A DNA stretch of 64,000 nucleotides from Bacilli bacterium. GTDB lineage: Bacteria; Bacillota_I; Bacilli_A; RFN20; CAG-826. The notes beneath the pieces are model-generated. The model was not told the origin of the DNA. It worked only from the letters and a program-made list of their open reading frames with translations, and made no database searches. Below are positions 19,201 to 27,320 of this stretch, one piece after another; within the stretch, counting starts at the first letter, position 1; each line of letters begins with the position of its first letter. The stretch spans positions 139,388 to 203,387 of the forward strand of contig JAFRPF010000031.1 of NCBI GenBank assembly GCA_017429285.1. Reading direction: 5' to 3'. A program made the position numbers and the translations under genes.

Positions 19201-19445
19201 TCTCCAGTTTTAAAAAAGTGCCACCAGTCATCATATCCATTTGTATAAAAAGCAAATTGTTGAGAGGTGTAATCACCAGTGTATGGAGTGGTAAAATAAT
19301 TGATAAATAATGAGCTAGAAAAGAAGATTATTCCTAATAAAATTAGGAATAGATAATAATAAAACATCGAATGAATACTCTTCATAAAAGAAGGGAGATA
19401 ATCGACAAATTTCTTCTTTGATTTGATAACAATCGCGTTACTCAT
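16239..19445 (-). CDS. YfhO-family polytopic membrane protein (putative glycosyl-carrier-dependent glycosyltransferase)
   Basis: 1068-aa ORF. About 500 aa of multi-spanning hydrophobic N-terminus are followed by a large Tyr/Asn/Asp-rich soluble domain and one final C-terminal TM helix (ISMVGVLSFFGSILTYTYFAM). That is the YfhO topology. The family call rests on architecture and remembered similarity, not on a search. Confidence 0.6.
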   Translation of the reverse strand: MSNAIVIKSKKKFVDYLPSFMKSIHSMFYYYLFLILLGIIFFSSSLFINYFTTPYTGDYTSQQFAFYTNGYDDWWHFFKTGEFVLYDQNTFLGADNIGSNSFYYLFDPFFLPILLVPRQLIPQFMAVLTILKISAAGMVFFLYMRYLGASRTASKITGIAYAFSGWMTWYLWFNHFTEITIVLPLILLGVEIVLKEKKPWVLMFAITLMGFVNYFFLICFVMCAFLYAMFRYFQRIRLNKTKDNLLILGLGFVGFLVGIIIPAMVVFPSAMHALTSPRASGNNYLVFLKDAFKSHNFKRIMDLLTSWTANGKTDQNRARSLYPFIDFIFPVTSDRGTPLTVYGNETYDNVAGSTYCFLPMMMLLVPAFINSFRKKHFSVVIPLAFFVFALFTPCFYYLFHGFTQAYSRWTLFVTTSILAYTGLYLDEIKNKSFINLIIGGLTLIVLTLIAGWAANEIVKKYNQSYTERVPIWLAILIECLYIVLFVSILILTKFKKKLNFYAFFTGFISLEIAAMGSFVIQGHGVEDYYYTNKGFIKNDVLHSLVEKTKKKDPTYYRSFSSLASSDASNDEMRNNYNGASFFHSIYNYNVADICNWSSITGGVAPGSWSGHFVQKRNNLDFLLGMKYYYVEDDYFYYQSRKEASSDKFRYNVPLNYLDITSTMPNNEFRVYKNMDYVDFALTYDTVYPTYGNPNESDSYEGLYSASSRSVLALEELYLQGAIINKYRDETIVDDIKNNHPDIEVSDIPNRAPSFYYTYVKTESYKESGGSSYYDAMITFYDIYSSNQGLKSLDLTAKDYVTLLNTDNDTFVKSASPENGDFYRRYCAVMEAKGECFPNYDPNGNIFYLSATFANKYQIDVYLVDTNNQIVTYDNHNDGYYSGTRGGKEYRTFYTAPEYGLDENGQLVIKSPAPKIKKIILASRNYRMRSSYPLYIDSFTSWNNKLSNFKNYPVTDVKSSANKYTFKTNFDKERVVMTRLAYEDGFTLKMVDSSGKKSKVKVFNGQGGFASFISGTGNCSYVLEFYTPYLQISSYISMVGVLSFFGSILTYTYFAMENEKKSVFYKFKR

Positions 19446-19492
19446 GTATACATATTATACACATATACACGATAAGGTAATTTACTTTTTTA

Positions 19493-19521
19493 TTGCTTTT
19501 TTGTTCTCGCTTTTCTATGAT
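19493..19521 (+). promoter_or_regulatory. Candidate sigma-A promoter for typA (TTGCTT-17-TATGAT)
   Basis: TTGCTT at 19493..19498, a 17-nt spacer and TATGAT at 19516..19521. A GGAGG RBS follows, 8 nt before ATG 19548. Confidence 0.45.
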
Positions 19522-19547
19522 AGAAAAGATTTTTTGGAGGTAGTCTT

Positions 19548-21377
19548 ATGAATATTCGTAATATTGCAATTATCGCTCACGTCGATCATGGTAAGACTAC
19601 TTTAGTCGATCAATTATTAAAATCTTCTGGCGCTTTTCGTGAGAATGAAGAAGTCGCTAATAGAGTCATGGATAGTAACGATATCGAAAGAGAAAGAGGT
19701 ATCACTATCTTAGCAAAAACCACATCTGTTATTTATAAAGATACAAAGATAAACATATTAGATACTCCCGGACACGCTGACTTTGGTGGTGAAGTGGAGC
19801 GTATTATGAACATGGTTGATGGTTGTCTTTTATTAGTGGATGCTTTTGAAGGAACCATGCCTCAAACGAGATTCGTTTTAAAGAAAGCGTTAGAAGCACA
19901 TGTAAAACCGATTGTTTGTATCAACAAGATTGATAGAGCGAATATCGATGTCGCTAAAACATTAGATGAAGTTTTAACTTTATTTATTGAATTAGGTGCT
20001 CCTGATGAATTTTTAGATTTCAAAGTGGTCTATACTTCCGCTTTACAAGGAACGAGTTCTTTAGATTCTGATCCATCCACTCAAAAACCAGGTATGGACG
20101 CCGTCTTACAAATGATTATCGATGAAATCCCTGCTCCAAAAGCGGATCCAAATAAACCATTACAACTACAAGTATCTTTATTAGACTATAACGATTTCGT
20201 TGGAAGAATTGGTATCGGTACAGTGAAAAATGGCACTATCCATGTTAATGATACTGTTTCTGTTTGCCGTCTTGACGGTAGTGTTAAAAACTTCAAAGTC
20301 ATGAAATTATTTGGCTATCAAGGAATCAGAAGATTAGAAATTGAGTCAGCTTCTGCAGGGGAAATCTGCGCAATTGCGGGTTTAATGGACATTAATGTTG
20401 GTGAAACTATTTGTAATGTAAATCAAATTAATCCATTACCTTTAATTCATCTTGATGAACCAACATTACAGATGACATTCGGCACAAATACATCTCCTCT
20501 TTCTGGTAAAGAAGGTAAATTATTAACCGCTAGAAAGATTGAAGAAAGATTATTTAGAGAGACTCAAAAAGATGTTGCTTTAAAAGTGCAAAGAGTGCCA
20601 AATAGTGAAACCTGGATTGTTTCTGGTAGGGGGGAACTACACCTCGGTATCCTCATCGAAAATATGAGAAGAGAAGGCTTTGAATTAGAAGTTTCTAAAC
20701 CAAAAGTTATCATCAAAGAAATTGATGGTGTGAAATATGAACCATACGAGGATTTAGAAATAGATGTTCCTAATGATTTCGTTGGTGACATTATGACTTC
20801 TTTAGGTAATAGGGATGCAGAAATGATCAACATGGATGTTAAAGAAGCCACGACTAAATTAACATATGTTATTCCTTCTCGTGGACTATTAGGTTATGTG
20901 ACTAACTTTATGACCTTAACCAAAGGTTATGGTATCCTTTCTCACGTCTTTAAAGAATATCGTGAAATGGTTTCTATGAACTTAGGTGAAAGACCATTAG
21001 GTGTTCTTGTCGCTACGGAAGCAGGTATTGCTACTCCATATGCAATTGAACACGTCGAAGAAAGAGGAACGATGTTTATCGAACCAGGCACCGAAGTTTA
21101 CGAAGGTATGATTATCGGTGAAAATCGTTATGATATCGACTTAGCGGTTAACTGCGTTTTAAAGAAAGCTCTTACCAATATGAGAAGCGCAAATAAAGAC
21201 ACCACAGTGGTTTTAAAATCACCAAGAAGAATGTCTTTAGAAGCTTGTTTAGATTACATCAATTCTGATGAACTTGTGGAAATCACTCCAAGCACTTATA
21301 GAATGAGAAAAAAGATTCTTAACACAGTGGAAAGAAAGAAATATGACGCTCATCAAAAAGCGTTAGAAAAAGAATAA
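19548..21377 (+). CDS. typA: Translational GTPase TypA/BipA
   Basis: 609-aa ORF with G motifs ([25 protein letters not shown]) and the EF-G-like domain order typical of BipA. Confidence 0.93.
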   Translation: MNIRNIAIIAHVDHGKTTLVDQLLKSSGAFRENEEVANRVMDSNDIERERGITILAKTTSVIYKDTKINILDTPGHADFGGEVERIMNMVDGCLLLVDAFEGTMPQTRFVLKKALEAHVKPIVCINKIDRANIDVAKTLDEVLTLFIELGAPDEFLDFKVVYTSALQGTSSLDSDPSTQKPGMDAVLQMIIDEIPAPKADPNKPLQLQVSLLDYNDFVGRIGIGTVKNGTIHVNDTVSVCRLDGSVKNFKVMKLFGYQGIRRLEIESASAGEICAIAGLMDINVGETICNVNQINPLPLIHLDEPTLQMTFGTNTSPLSGKEGKLLTARKIEERLFRETQKDVALKVQRVPNSETWIVSGRGELHLGILIENMRREGFELEVSKPKVIIKEIDGVKYEPYEDLEIDVPNDFVGDIMTSLGNRDAEMINMDVKEATTKLTYVIPSRGLLGYVTNFMTLTKGYGILSHVFKEYREMVSMNLGERPLGVLVATEAGIATPYAIEHVEERGTMFIEPGTEVYEGMIIGENRYDIDLAVNCVLKKALTNMRSANKDTTVVLKSPRRMSLEACLDYINSDELVEITPSTYRMRKKILNTVERKKYDAHQKALEKE

Positions 21378-22346
21378 TTATTTCTTTTTCACTTTTCTCC
21401 CTTCAGGCTTTTTACATTGGATATAATTTCCATCCATTAGTGTTTGAAATTCTTTAGGCATGGGCGCGGTGAATTTCATCAATTTTCCATTTAATGGATT
21501 TACGATGTCTAGTTCATAAGCATGTAATCCGAGTCTTTTAATTGGATTAGATGGTTCACCATATTTATCATCACCGATGATATGATGACCCATATCTCCA
21601 AAGTGAACTCTGATTTGGTTTTTACGACCAGTTTCGATATTAACATCCGCTAAAGAGAATAACGGAGATTCTTTAATAATCTTATAATTTGTAATAGCAA
21701 GTTGGCCATCACCTTTCTTCTTTGAAGAATACATCATATTTTGAGAGTTCTTTTTTAAGTAAGAAGATATTCTTCCTTCTTTGTTTTCTAAATGTCCTTC
21801 GACGATTGCATAATAGCCACGTTTCTTGGTTAATTTATTCCAGTTTTCACCATCAGTTAAAGCTTTCGCCGTCCGATCGTTTTTCGCAAACATCAAAACA
21901 CCAGAAGTATCTTCATCTAGTCTATGGACAATAAAAGCGCGGTTGTGTTTATCCTTTTGTTGTAAATAATCGTTTACCATTCTAAAAGCAGTGGAGCCTT
22001 TTTCGTTATCTGAAGGCACAGATAATAATTTTGTCGGTTTATTGATAACTATCAAATTTTCATCTTCATATATGATTGGTAAATTAGATCTAGTTTTCTT
22101 TCTAATAGGTGAGCTAGAGATAATGACAGTATCACCTTTATATAATTTGAAATTAAATTGTGTAACCGGCGCTCCATCAATACTGACACGATGGGATGAT
22201 AAAAGAGACTTAACAGAATTTCTTGATTGAGTGGAAAATGTCTTTAAAAGAAATTCCAAAAGTTCACATTCTTCTTTTACGACATATTGTTTTAAATTCT
22301 TATAGTCTTTAGAAGGTCTAGTATCACGAGCTTTATTCTTATTCAT
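21378..22346 (-). CDS. RluA-family 23S rRNA pseudouridine synthase with N-terminal S4 domain
   Basis: 322-aa ORF with the catalytic motif HRLDEDTSGVLMFAKN and a conserved C-terminal ..RKNQIRVH.. It has an S4-like N-terminal region. Its stop abuts the typA stop. Confidence 0.85.
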   Translation of the reverse strand: MNKNKARDTRPSKDYKNLKQYVVKEECELLEFLLKTFSTQSRNSVKSLLSSHRVSIDGAPVTQFNFKLYKGDTVIISSSPIRKKTRSNLPIIYEDENLIVINKPTKLLSVPSDNEKGSTAFRMVNDYLQQKDKHNRAFIVHRLDEDTSGVLMFAKNDRTAKALTDGENWNKLTKKRGYYAIVEGHLENKEGRISSYLKKNSQNMMYSSKKKGDGQLAITNYKIIKESPLFSLADVNIETGRKNQIRVHFGDMGHHIIGDDKYGEPSNPIKRLGLHAYELDIVNPLNGKLMKFTAPMPKEFQTLMDGNYIQCKKPEGRKVKKK

Positions 22347-23217
22347 GTTCTTTTACCTTTCTAACAACCATATCAGCGAATGCTTTAGCAACATCTAAAC
22401 CAGTTACTTTTTCAAATTCTTCAAAGAAAGCATTGGAATTAATTTCACATAAAATTGGTTCATCATTTTCATAAGTTAATAAATCAATTCCGGCATATTC
22501 AATTTGTAATTTATCAGCAATTTCCTGCGCAAAAGCCTCATATTTTGATGAATTTTGTAAAATTTCACTATCTGCGGCATCTCCAAAATTACTTCTAAAA
22601 TCATATTTATTTTTTCTAATAAATGAGCCAAAAACTTTCCCGTCAATAATTAAAACTCTAATTGATTTTCCTTTACTAGTTTTGACATATTCTTGAAAAA
22701 TAACGGGGTTACGAGCAATCTCTTTGTATACGCTCATTAATTCATTTTTATCTTTGACTAAATAAACGCCTTCTCCTAAAGATCCATAAACTCTTTTGAC
22801 CACCATTGGAAAACCAAGTTCCTTAATGACATCATCGAGGAATTTAAAATTGTCTTCTTGTAAATCAAAATACACAAGCGGACCAGAGATAGTCTTTGGC
22901 ATTTTGATACCTTTATTCGCACATTCGATAAAAGTCAGCATTTTATCATCGCATAATTTAATAAAGCTTGGTCTATTGAAAAGACGATATCCGGCTTTAT
23001 CAAGTAGCTTAGCTAAATAAATATCTTTATCTAAATATAAAACAAAGTCCGCTTTCGGAAGTTTAATATTAACGTTGTTATCTTTGATAACCGCTAATGT
23101 TCCATCATTAACAAAAACATCGATAGAAATATTTCTTTTAGAGAATTCTTCTTTGAATCTATCAATTTTATATTGGTTATGACCAATCGCTTGATTAACA
23201 ATAATAATTCCGTTCAT
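22339..23217 (-). CDS. RimK-type ATP-grasp ligase
   Basis: 292-aa ORF with ATP-grasp features (FPMVVKRVYGSLGEGVYLV, IFQEYV, ..EYAGIDLL....ILCEINSNA). No clear SD is present. It lies immediately downstream of the degV terminator. Confidence 0.7.
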   Translation of the reverse strand: MNGIIIVNQAIGHNQYKIDRFKEEFSKRNISIDVFVNDGTLAVIKDNNVNIKLPKADFVLYLDKDIYLAKLLDKAGYRLFNRPSFIKLCDDKMLTFIECANKGIKMPKTISGPLVYFDLQEDNFKFLDDVIKELGFPMVVKRVYGSLGEGVYLVKDKNELMSVYKEIARNPVIFQEYVKTSKGKSIRVLIIDGKVFGSFIRKNKYDFRSNFGDAADSEILQNSSKYEAFAQEIADKLQIEYAGIDLLTYENDEPILCEINSNAFFEEFEKVTGLDVAKAFADMVVRKVKEHE

Positions 23218-23233
23218 ACGTTAATAATCATAA

Positions 23234-23258
23234 ATAGAAAAAGGTGGAAATTCCACCT
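23234..23258 (-). terminator. Rho-independent terminator downstream of degV
   Basis: Reverse strand: AGGTGGA (23252..23258), loop ATT, TCCACCT (23242..23248), then TTTTTCT. Confidence 0.65.
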
Positions 23259-23285
23259 TAATCAACTTATTAATTTGAAGATAAA

Positions 23286-24179
23286 TTATTCAGCACCTTC
23301 GACGAAGGTTACTTCTTTACCAAAGCAGCAGCCAACGAAGACGCCTGGGCCACAGGTTGTACCAACGATAGGACCAATCCAGAAGATAGTAGCTTTAATG
23401 TTAAGTTCTTCTTCAAGTCTCTTTTTGATAATTTCGGCTCTATCTTGTGCCATGCCTTGTCCGACATAAACTTCAGCCCATTCACCTGGTTCAATCGCTT
23501 CTTTTACAGCAGCAATGATCTCTTCAATAGAATTCTTTGTGCCTTTCGCTTTTTTAATAACTGAGTTATTACCAGCAGCATCACTAATGAAGATTGGTTT
23601 AACACCCATGATGTTACCAAAGAATGCTTTCGCACCTTTAATACGGCCAGCAGCTTTTAAATAAGTTAAGGTATCAACTGTTGCGAAGAAGTTGAAACGT
23701 AATTTGTTTTCTTCAATCCAATCAACGACTTCTTCTAAAGATTTGCCTTCTTTTCTAAGTTCAGAAGCTTTAATCGCCATCATACCTTCACAGGCAGTAG
23801 CGTTTAAAGTGTCAATAGCCACGATTTTTCTATCTGGGAATAGTTCTAATAATTGAGGAATGGCTAATGTTTTACAAGTGTTCACAGAACCAGAAAGCTT
23901 GCTAGAGCAAGCAATATAGATAATGTCATATCCTTCTTTAAGAACTGGAGTGAAACGATCTAAGAATTCAGGAACTGAAACTTGAGTTGTTTTCACGTGT
24001 TTACCCGCTTTTAACCAGCCATAGAATTCTTCTGGTGAATATTCTTGCCAATCTAAGTCAGCGGATTTTTCTACTCCATCAACCACAATACCCATGTGGA
24101 CATATTCAATATCGTATTTTTTTCTTGTAGCGGTGCTGAGGTCACTACATGAATCGGTAAAAATTTTAAATTTTGCCAT
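23286..24179 (-). CDS. degV: DegV-family fatty-acid-binding protein
   Basis: 297-aa ORF with the DegV N-terminus (KIFTDSCSDLS...YDIEYVHMGIVVDG) and family length. Confidence 0.85.
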   Translation of the reverse strand: MAKFKIFTDSCSDLSTATRKKYDIEYVHMGIVVDGVEKSADLDWQEYSPEEFYGWLKAGKHVKTTQVSVPEFLDRFTPVLKEGYDIIYIACSSKLSGSVNTCKTLAIPQLLELFPDRKIVAIDTLNATACEGMMAIKASELRKEGKSLEEVVDWIEENKLRFNFFATVDTLTYLKAAGRIKGAKAFFGNIMGVKPIFISDAAGNNSVIKKAKGTKNSIEEIIAAVKEAIEPGEWAEVYVGQGMAQDRAEIIKKRLEEELNIKATIFWIGPIVGTTCGPGVFVGCCFGKEVTFVEGAE

Positions 24180-24282
24180 GTTTTTTTGCCTCCGTTTTTA
24201 ATAATGATAGATATTATGAAATATCTCTATTGATTTTTATTAAAATGTTACACATGTAAAAAAGTGTTAAAGAAAAGATGAC

Positions 24283-24420
24283 TTATGCGCCATCTATATG
24301 CCTATCACAAATAGGTTCATCTCTTCTTTGTCGTCTTTCCTGTTCTCTTTCACGAAACATATCTATGTCTTCACCAGTTAAACGACGATATTTTCTTTTT
24401 CTTCTTTTAGTTTCTTCCAT
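24283..24420 (-). CDS. Possible 45-aa Arg/Glu-rich micro-protein, translationally coupled to the upstream ATP-grasp gene
   Basis: Below the track size cut-off. The ATG at 24418..24420 shares its A with the TAA stop of the ATP-grasp ORF (TAATG). Translation: MEETKRRKRKYRRLTGEDIDMFREREQERRQRRDEPICDRHIDGA. There is no independent evidence of expression. Confidence 0.3.
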   Translation of the reverse strand: MEETKRRKRKYRRLTGEDIDMFREREQERRQRRDEPICDRHIDGA

Positions 24421-25616
24421 TAGCATCTTTCCTCAGCAGCATCTCTAAATTCATTCATGTCGCTTTCTTTTTCAAATCTAGCCATGAAGAACCTATCGCC
24501 CATCGCATCTGAGAAAATCTTTGCGTATCTACCATGGTGACAAATAACATTTCTGAATTTATTTAATAATTCTTCATCACTAAGTTTATAACTAACCCCA
24601 TCTCTTCTAGATGCAACAGCAGCATAGTAGTGGGGGAATTCATCTTTTTGTCTATTTTCATCATAGGCGATAACATCAGCATAGATTTGATAAACGTTAG
24701 ATGAATTTGCAAAGTTAATTAAGTCTGGAGTATATCCACCAGCAGGTCTCATATTTGTTTCAAGTGGAACAACATCTCCGACCTTACCTAAACCTTTACA
24801 GTCTTTGGTTAATCTAAAGAATTCGAGATGGAAAAATCTTTGTTTAACACCAAACGCTTTTATAACCTTCCTTCCCATTTCTTCTAAATCTTTAGGAACG
24901 TGTGGATAGGTGAAATAAAAGACGTCTTTTTGTTCATGGACAATATCCGCAATAGAAGGTGGGAAAAAGTTTGATGCACAGAAAACAACGTTGCTCTTTG
25001 AATCACAAATTCCATCAAAAGAAATAATGTTTCCAGAGACAAACTGTTCACAAATATATGTCACATTTGGGTCGCGTTTTACGAAAAAATCGACAATATC
25101 TGCAGGTTTTTCAATTTTAAAAGTTCCTTCCGCTCCCACACCATGATCAGGTTTGATAAAGACAGGATAATCAACTTCTCCTATAAATTTTTCTAAAGCT
25201 TCTTGTGTGCTAATTAAGATAAATTTTGCAACTTTGCATCCTGCTTTTTTATAGCCGATCTTCATTAAAGATTTATGATTATAAAAATCAATTTCTTGAC
25301 CTACAGGGCCTGTTGTTATATTAAAGATTTCTCTTAGTTTCGCATCTTTTTCTAACCAGTATTCATTATTACTTTCTAGATAGTCGATGTGACCATATTT
25401 TTGCTCAAAATATCTCACTGCATTCACTTCATTATCAAAGTAATCCATATTGTCACAACGGTAATATTCAGTTAATGCATTTTTAAGTTCTGGATTTAAA
25501 GTGTCATAGCTTTGATCGCCAATTCCTAATACACGAAATCCATTATTCTGTAATGCCACTACAAATCTAAAGAATGAATCTGGAAAATGAGGAGAAATAA
25601 AAACAAAATTTTTCAT
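24420..25616 (-). CDS. ATP-grasp domain protein (carboxylate-amine ligase-like, unknown substrate)
   Basis: 398-aa ORF with an ATP-grasp core (YPVFIKPDHGVGAEGTFKI, ICEQFVSG, FHLEFFRL...VPLETNMRPAGG). Confidence 0.7.
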   Translation of the reverse strand: MKNFVFISPHFPDSFFRFVVALQNNGFRVLGIGDQSYDTLNPELKNALTEYYRCDNMDYFDNEVNAVRYFEQKYGHIDYLESNNEYWLEKDAKLREIFNITTGPVGQEIDFYNHKSLMKIGYKKAGCKVAKFILISTQEALEKFIGEVDYPVFIKPDHGVGAEGTFKIEKPADIVDFFVKRDPNVTYICEQFVSGNIISFDGICDSKSNVVFCASNFFPPSIADIVHEQKDVFYFTYPHVPKDLEEMGRKVIKAFGVKQRFFHLEFFRLTKDCKGLGKVGDVVPLETNMRPAGGYTPDLINFANSSNVYQIYADVIAYDENRQKDEFPHYYAAVASRRDGVSYKLSDEELLNKFRNVICHHGRYAKIFSDAMGDRFFMARFEKESDMNEFRDAAEERC

Positions 25617-25617
25617 A

Positions 25618-27174
25618 TTAGAACTCCTTCTTATCGTACTTTTTAAGGTCCTTATATATTTCTTTTAATTGAGGAAACATTTTGACATAAGCTTTTTTGT
25701 ATAAATAGTTGTATTTTTTATGAGCTATTTCATCAGGTGTGAATGTAGAAGTGATTCTAGACATCTTTTCCATCGCTTCTTCAACAGAGGCGAATTCGCC
25801 TAAGGCAGTAAATACTGCAATTGCAGCACCTAAAGAAGTTGTTTCGAATGTTTGAACTCTAGAAACTGGAAGGCCAAATACATCAGAGGTGATTTGACAA
25901 ATCGCATCACTTTGTGATCCTCCTCCAGAAATCATTAATCTACTAACTTTATGCTTTTGAGATTTTTCAATACCTTCTAAACCTTCTCTAAGAGCATAAG
26001 CAATACCTTCAATAATCGCTCTATATAGATGTTCCATTGTGTGAACATCAGAAAAGCCAACAATCGCACCTTTCGCTAAAGGTCTAGATAAACCTGGTCC
26101 CCAATATGGTTGTAAAACAAGTCCATCACTTCCTGGTGGAATGTGGTCAAGTTTTCTATTTAATACTTCTTCAACCGCCATTTCTTGAATCTTAGCTTCG
26201 CTAACAGCTTCAGAAGCAAATTCTCTGCTAAACCAAGTTAACATCCAATATCCACGATAGATTTGAACATCCATGTTATACCAACCAGGAACTGCAGCTG
26301 GATATGCTGGTAAAAATTTCTCTGGTTCATGATATTTCTTATTAGAAACTTCAATTGTAGAAGCGGTACCATAGGAAATTGCACCAACATCTTTAGATAA
26401 AGCACCTAAACCAATTGTTTCACAAGCTTTATCGGATCCAGTAGCGATAACTTTAATACCTAAAGGTAGGCCAACCTCATCACAAACTTCTTTTGAGATC
26501 TCTCCAAGAACTTCGCCTGGTTGTTTTAATTCAGCAAGCATTCTATTTGGAATACCAAATATTCTTCCTTTTAATGCTCCTTCTTTATACCATTTTCTCT
26601 TTTTAAAACAGATTGGATAATGGCCAGTAAAGGAAGCTGCGCTATCAACGAGATTACCAGTTAATTTATATGTTAAATATGTGGAGATGTTGACATATTT
26701 GTATGTCTTCTTCCATGTTTCTTTTTCATTTTCTTTTAACCAATGAGCGATGGTTCTTCTTCTATTTAATTCGATAGTGTTAGTCATTCCCACTAGCTTA
26801 AAAGCTAATCGATGAAGTAGTGGTAAAGGTTCTTTAGCTTTCGCCATACGCTGATCTAACCATAGAATACATGGTCTAATTGGTTTTAAATCTTTGTCTA
26901 ATTGGACAGAGGAATCTCTAAATGTGGTGATGGTAGCACCAACAATATTATCGAGATATTCTTTACCTTTTTCTGTTAATTGTTTTAAACAATTTACTAA
27001 TAATTCCCAATAATAATCAGGATTTTGTTCCGCATATCCTTTTTCAGAAGAGAAATATGCAGGCTCATATTTTGATTTAATAATAGTTAAGATTTCACCC
27101 TTATTATTGATAAGAGCGGCACGTACTGATTGAGTACCAAAATCAAGTGTTAAGACGCAAGGATTAGTTTTCAT
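25618..27174 (-). CDS. FGGY-family carbohydrate kinase
   Basis: 518-aa ORF with an FGGY N-terminal motif (VLTLDFGTQSVRAALIN) and a C-terminal motif (ISGGGSQSDAICQITSDVFGLPV). The sugar specificity cannot be determined. Confidence 0.8.
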   Translation of the reverse strand: MKTNPCVLTLDFGTQSVRAALINNKGEILTIIKSKYEPAYFSSEKGYAEQNPDYYWELLVNCLKQLTEKGKEYLDNIVGATITTFRDSSVQLDKDLKPIRPCILWLDQRMAKAKEPLPLLHRLAFKLVGMTNTIELNRRRTIAHWLKENEKETWKKTYKYVNISTYLTYKLTGNLVDSAASFTGHYPICFKKRKWYKEGALKGRIFGIPNRMLAELKQPGEVLGEISKEVCDEVGLPLGIKVIATGSDKACETIGLGALSKDVGAISYGTASTIEVSNKKYHEPEKFLPAYPAAVPGWYNMDVQIYRGYWMLTWFSREFASEAVSEAKIQEMAVEEVLNRKLDHIPPGSDGLVLQPYWGPGLSRPLAKGAIVGFSDVHTMEHLYRAIIEGIAYALREGLEGIEKSQKHKVSRLMISGGGSQSDAICQITSDVFGLPVSRVQTFETTSLGAAIAVFTALGEFASVEEAMEKMSRITSTFTPDEIAHKKYNYLYKKAYVKMFPQLKEIYKDLKKYDKKEF

Positions 27175-27241
27175 AAATCTAGATTACCTCGTTAAATATA
27201 TTACACCATTTAAAAAAATACGAAAAATATAACAAATATTT

Positions 27242-27253
27242 TCACACGTGTGA
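27242..27253. promoter_or_regulatory. Perfect 12-bp palindrome TCACACGTGTGA in the FGGY/ppdK divergent promoter region (candidate operator)
   Basis: Read directly from the sequence. It lies 68 nt upstream of the ppdK ATG and just upstream of a TATATA box (27259..27264). Confidence 0.35.
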
Positions 27254-27320
27254 TACGATATATACGCTGGTGTGAGCGCAAAGGCGCTTCAAACACAATA
27301 TGCCTATTAGGAGGAAATAT

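Noticed and set aside
24209-24226. Palindrome AGATATT-atga-AATATCT upstream of degV as an operator.
   Set aside because: It is composed almost entirely of A/T in an AT-rich spacer. I cannot distinguish it from a chance palindrome without comparative data.
22339-27174. Reading the FGGY kinase, ATP-grasp, micro-ORF, DegV and RimK-like run as a graspetide-type RiPP cluster.
   Set aside because: The 398-aa ATP-grasp resembles a widespread housekeeping-type family rather than the microviridin or graspetide ligases I know. The candidate peptide lies downstream rather than upstream and has no recognisable leader/core organisation. No protease or exporter is adjacent. I kept only the micro-ORF as a low-probability finding.
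27271-27291. TGTGAGCGCAAAGGCGCTTCA upstream of ppdK as a CcpA cre site.
   Set aside because: It deviates from the cre consensus (TGWAANCGNTNWCA) at four or more defining positions. It is better described as a simple GC hairpin in the leader.
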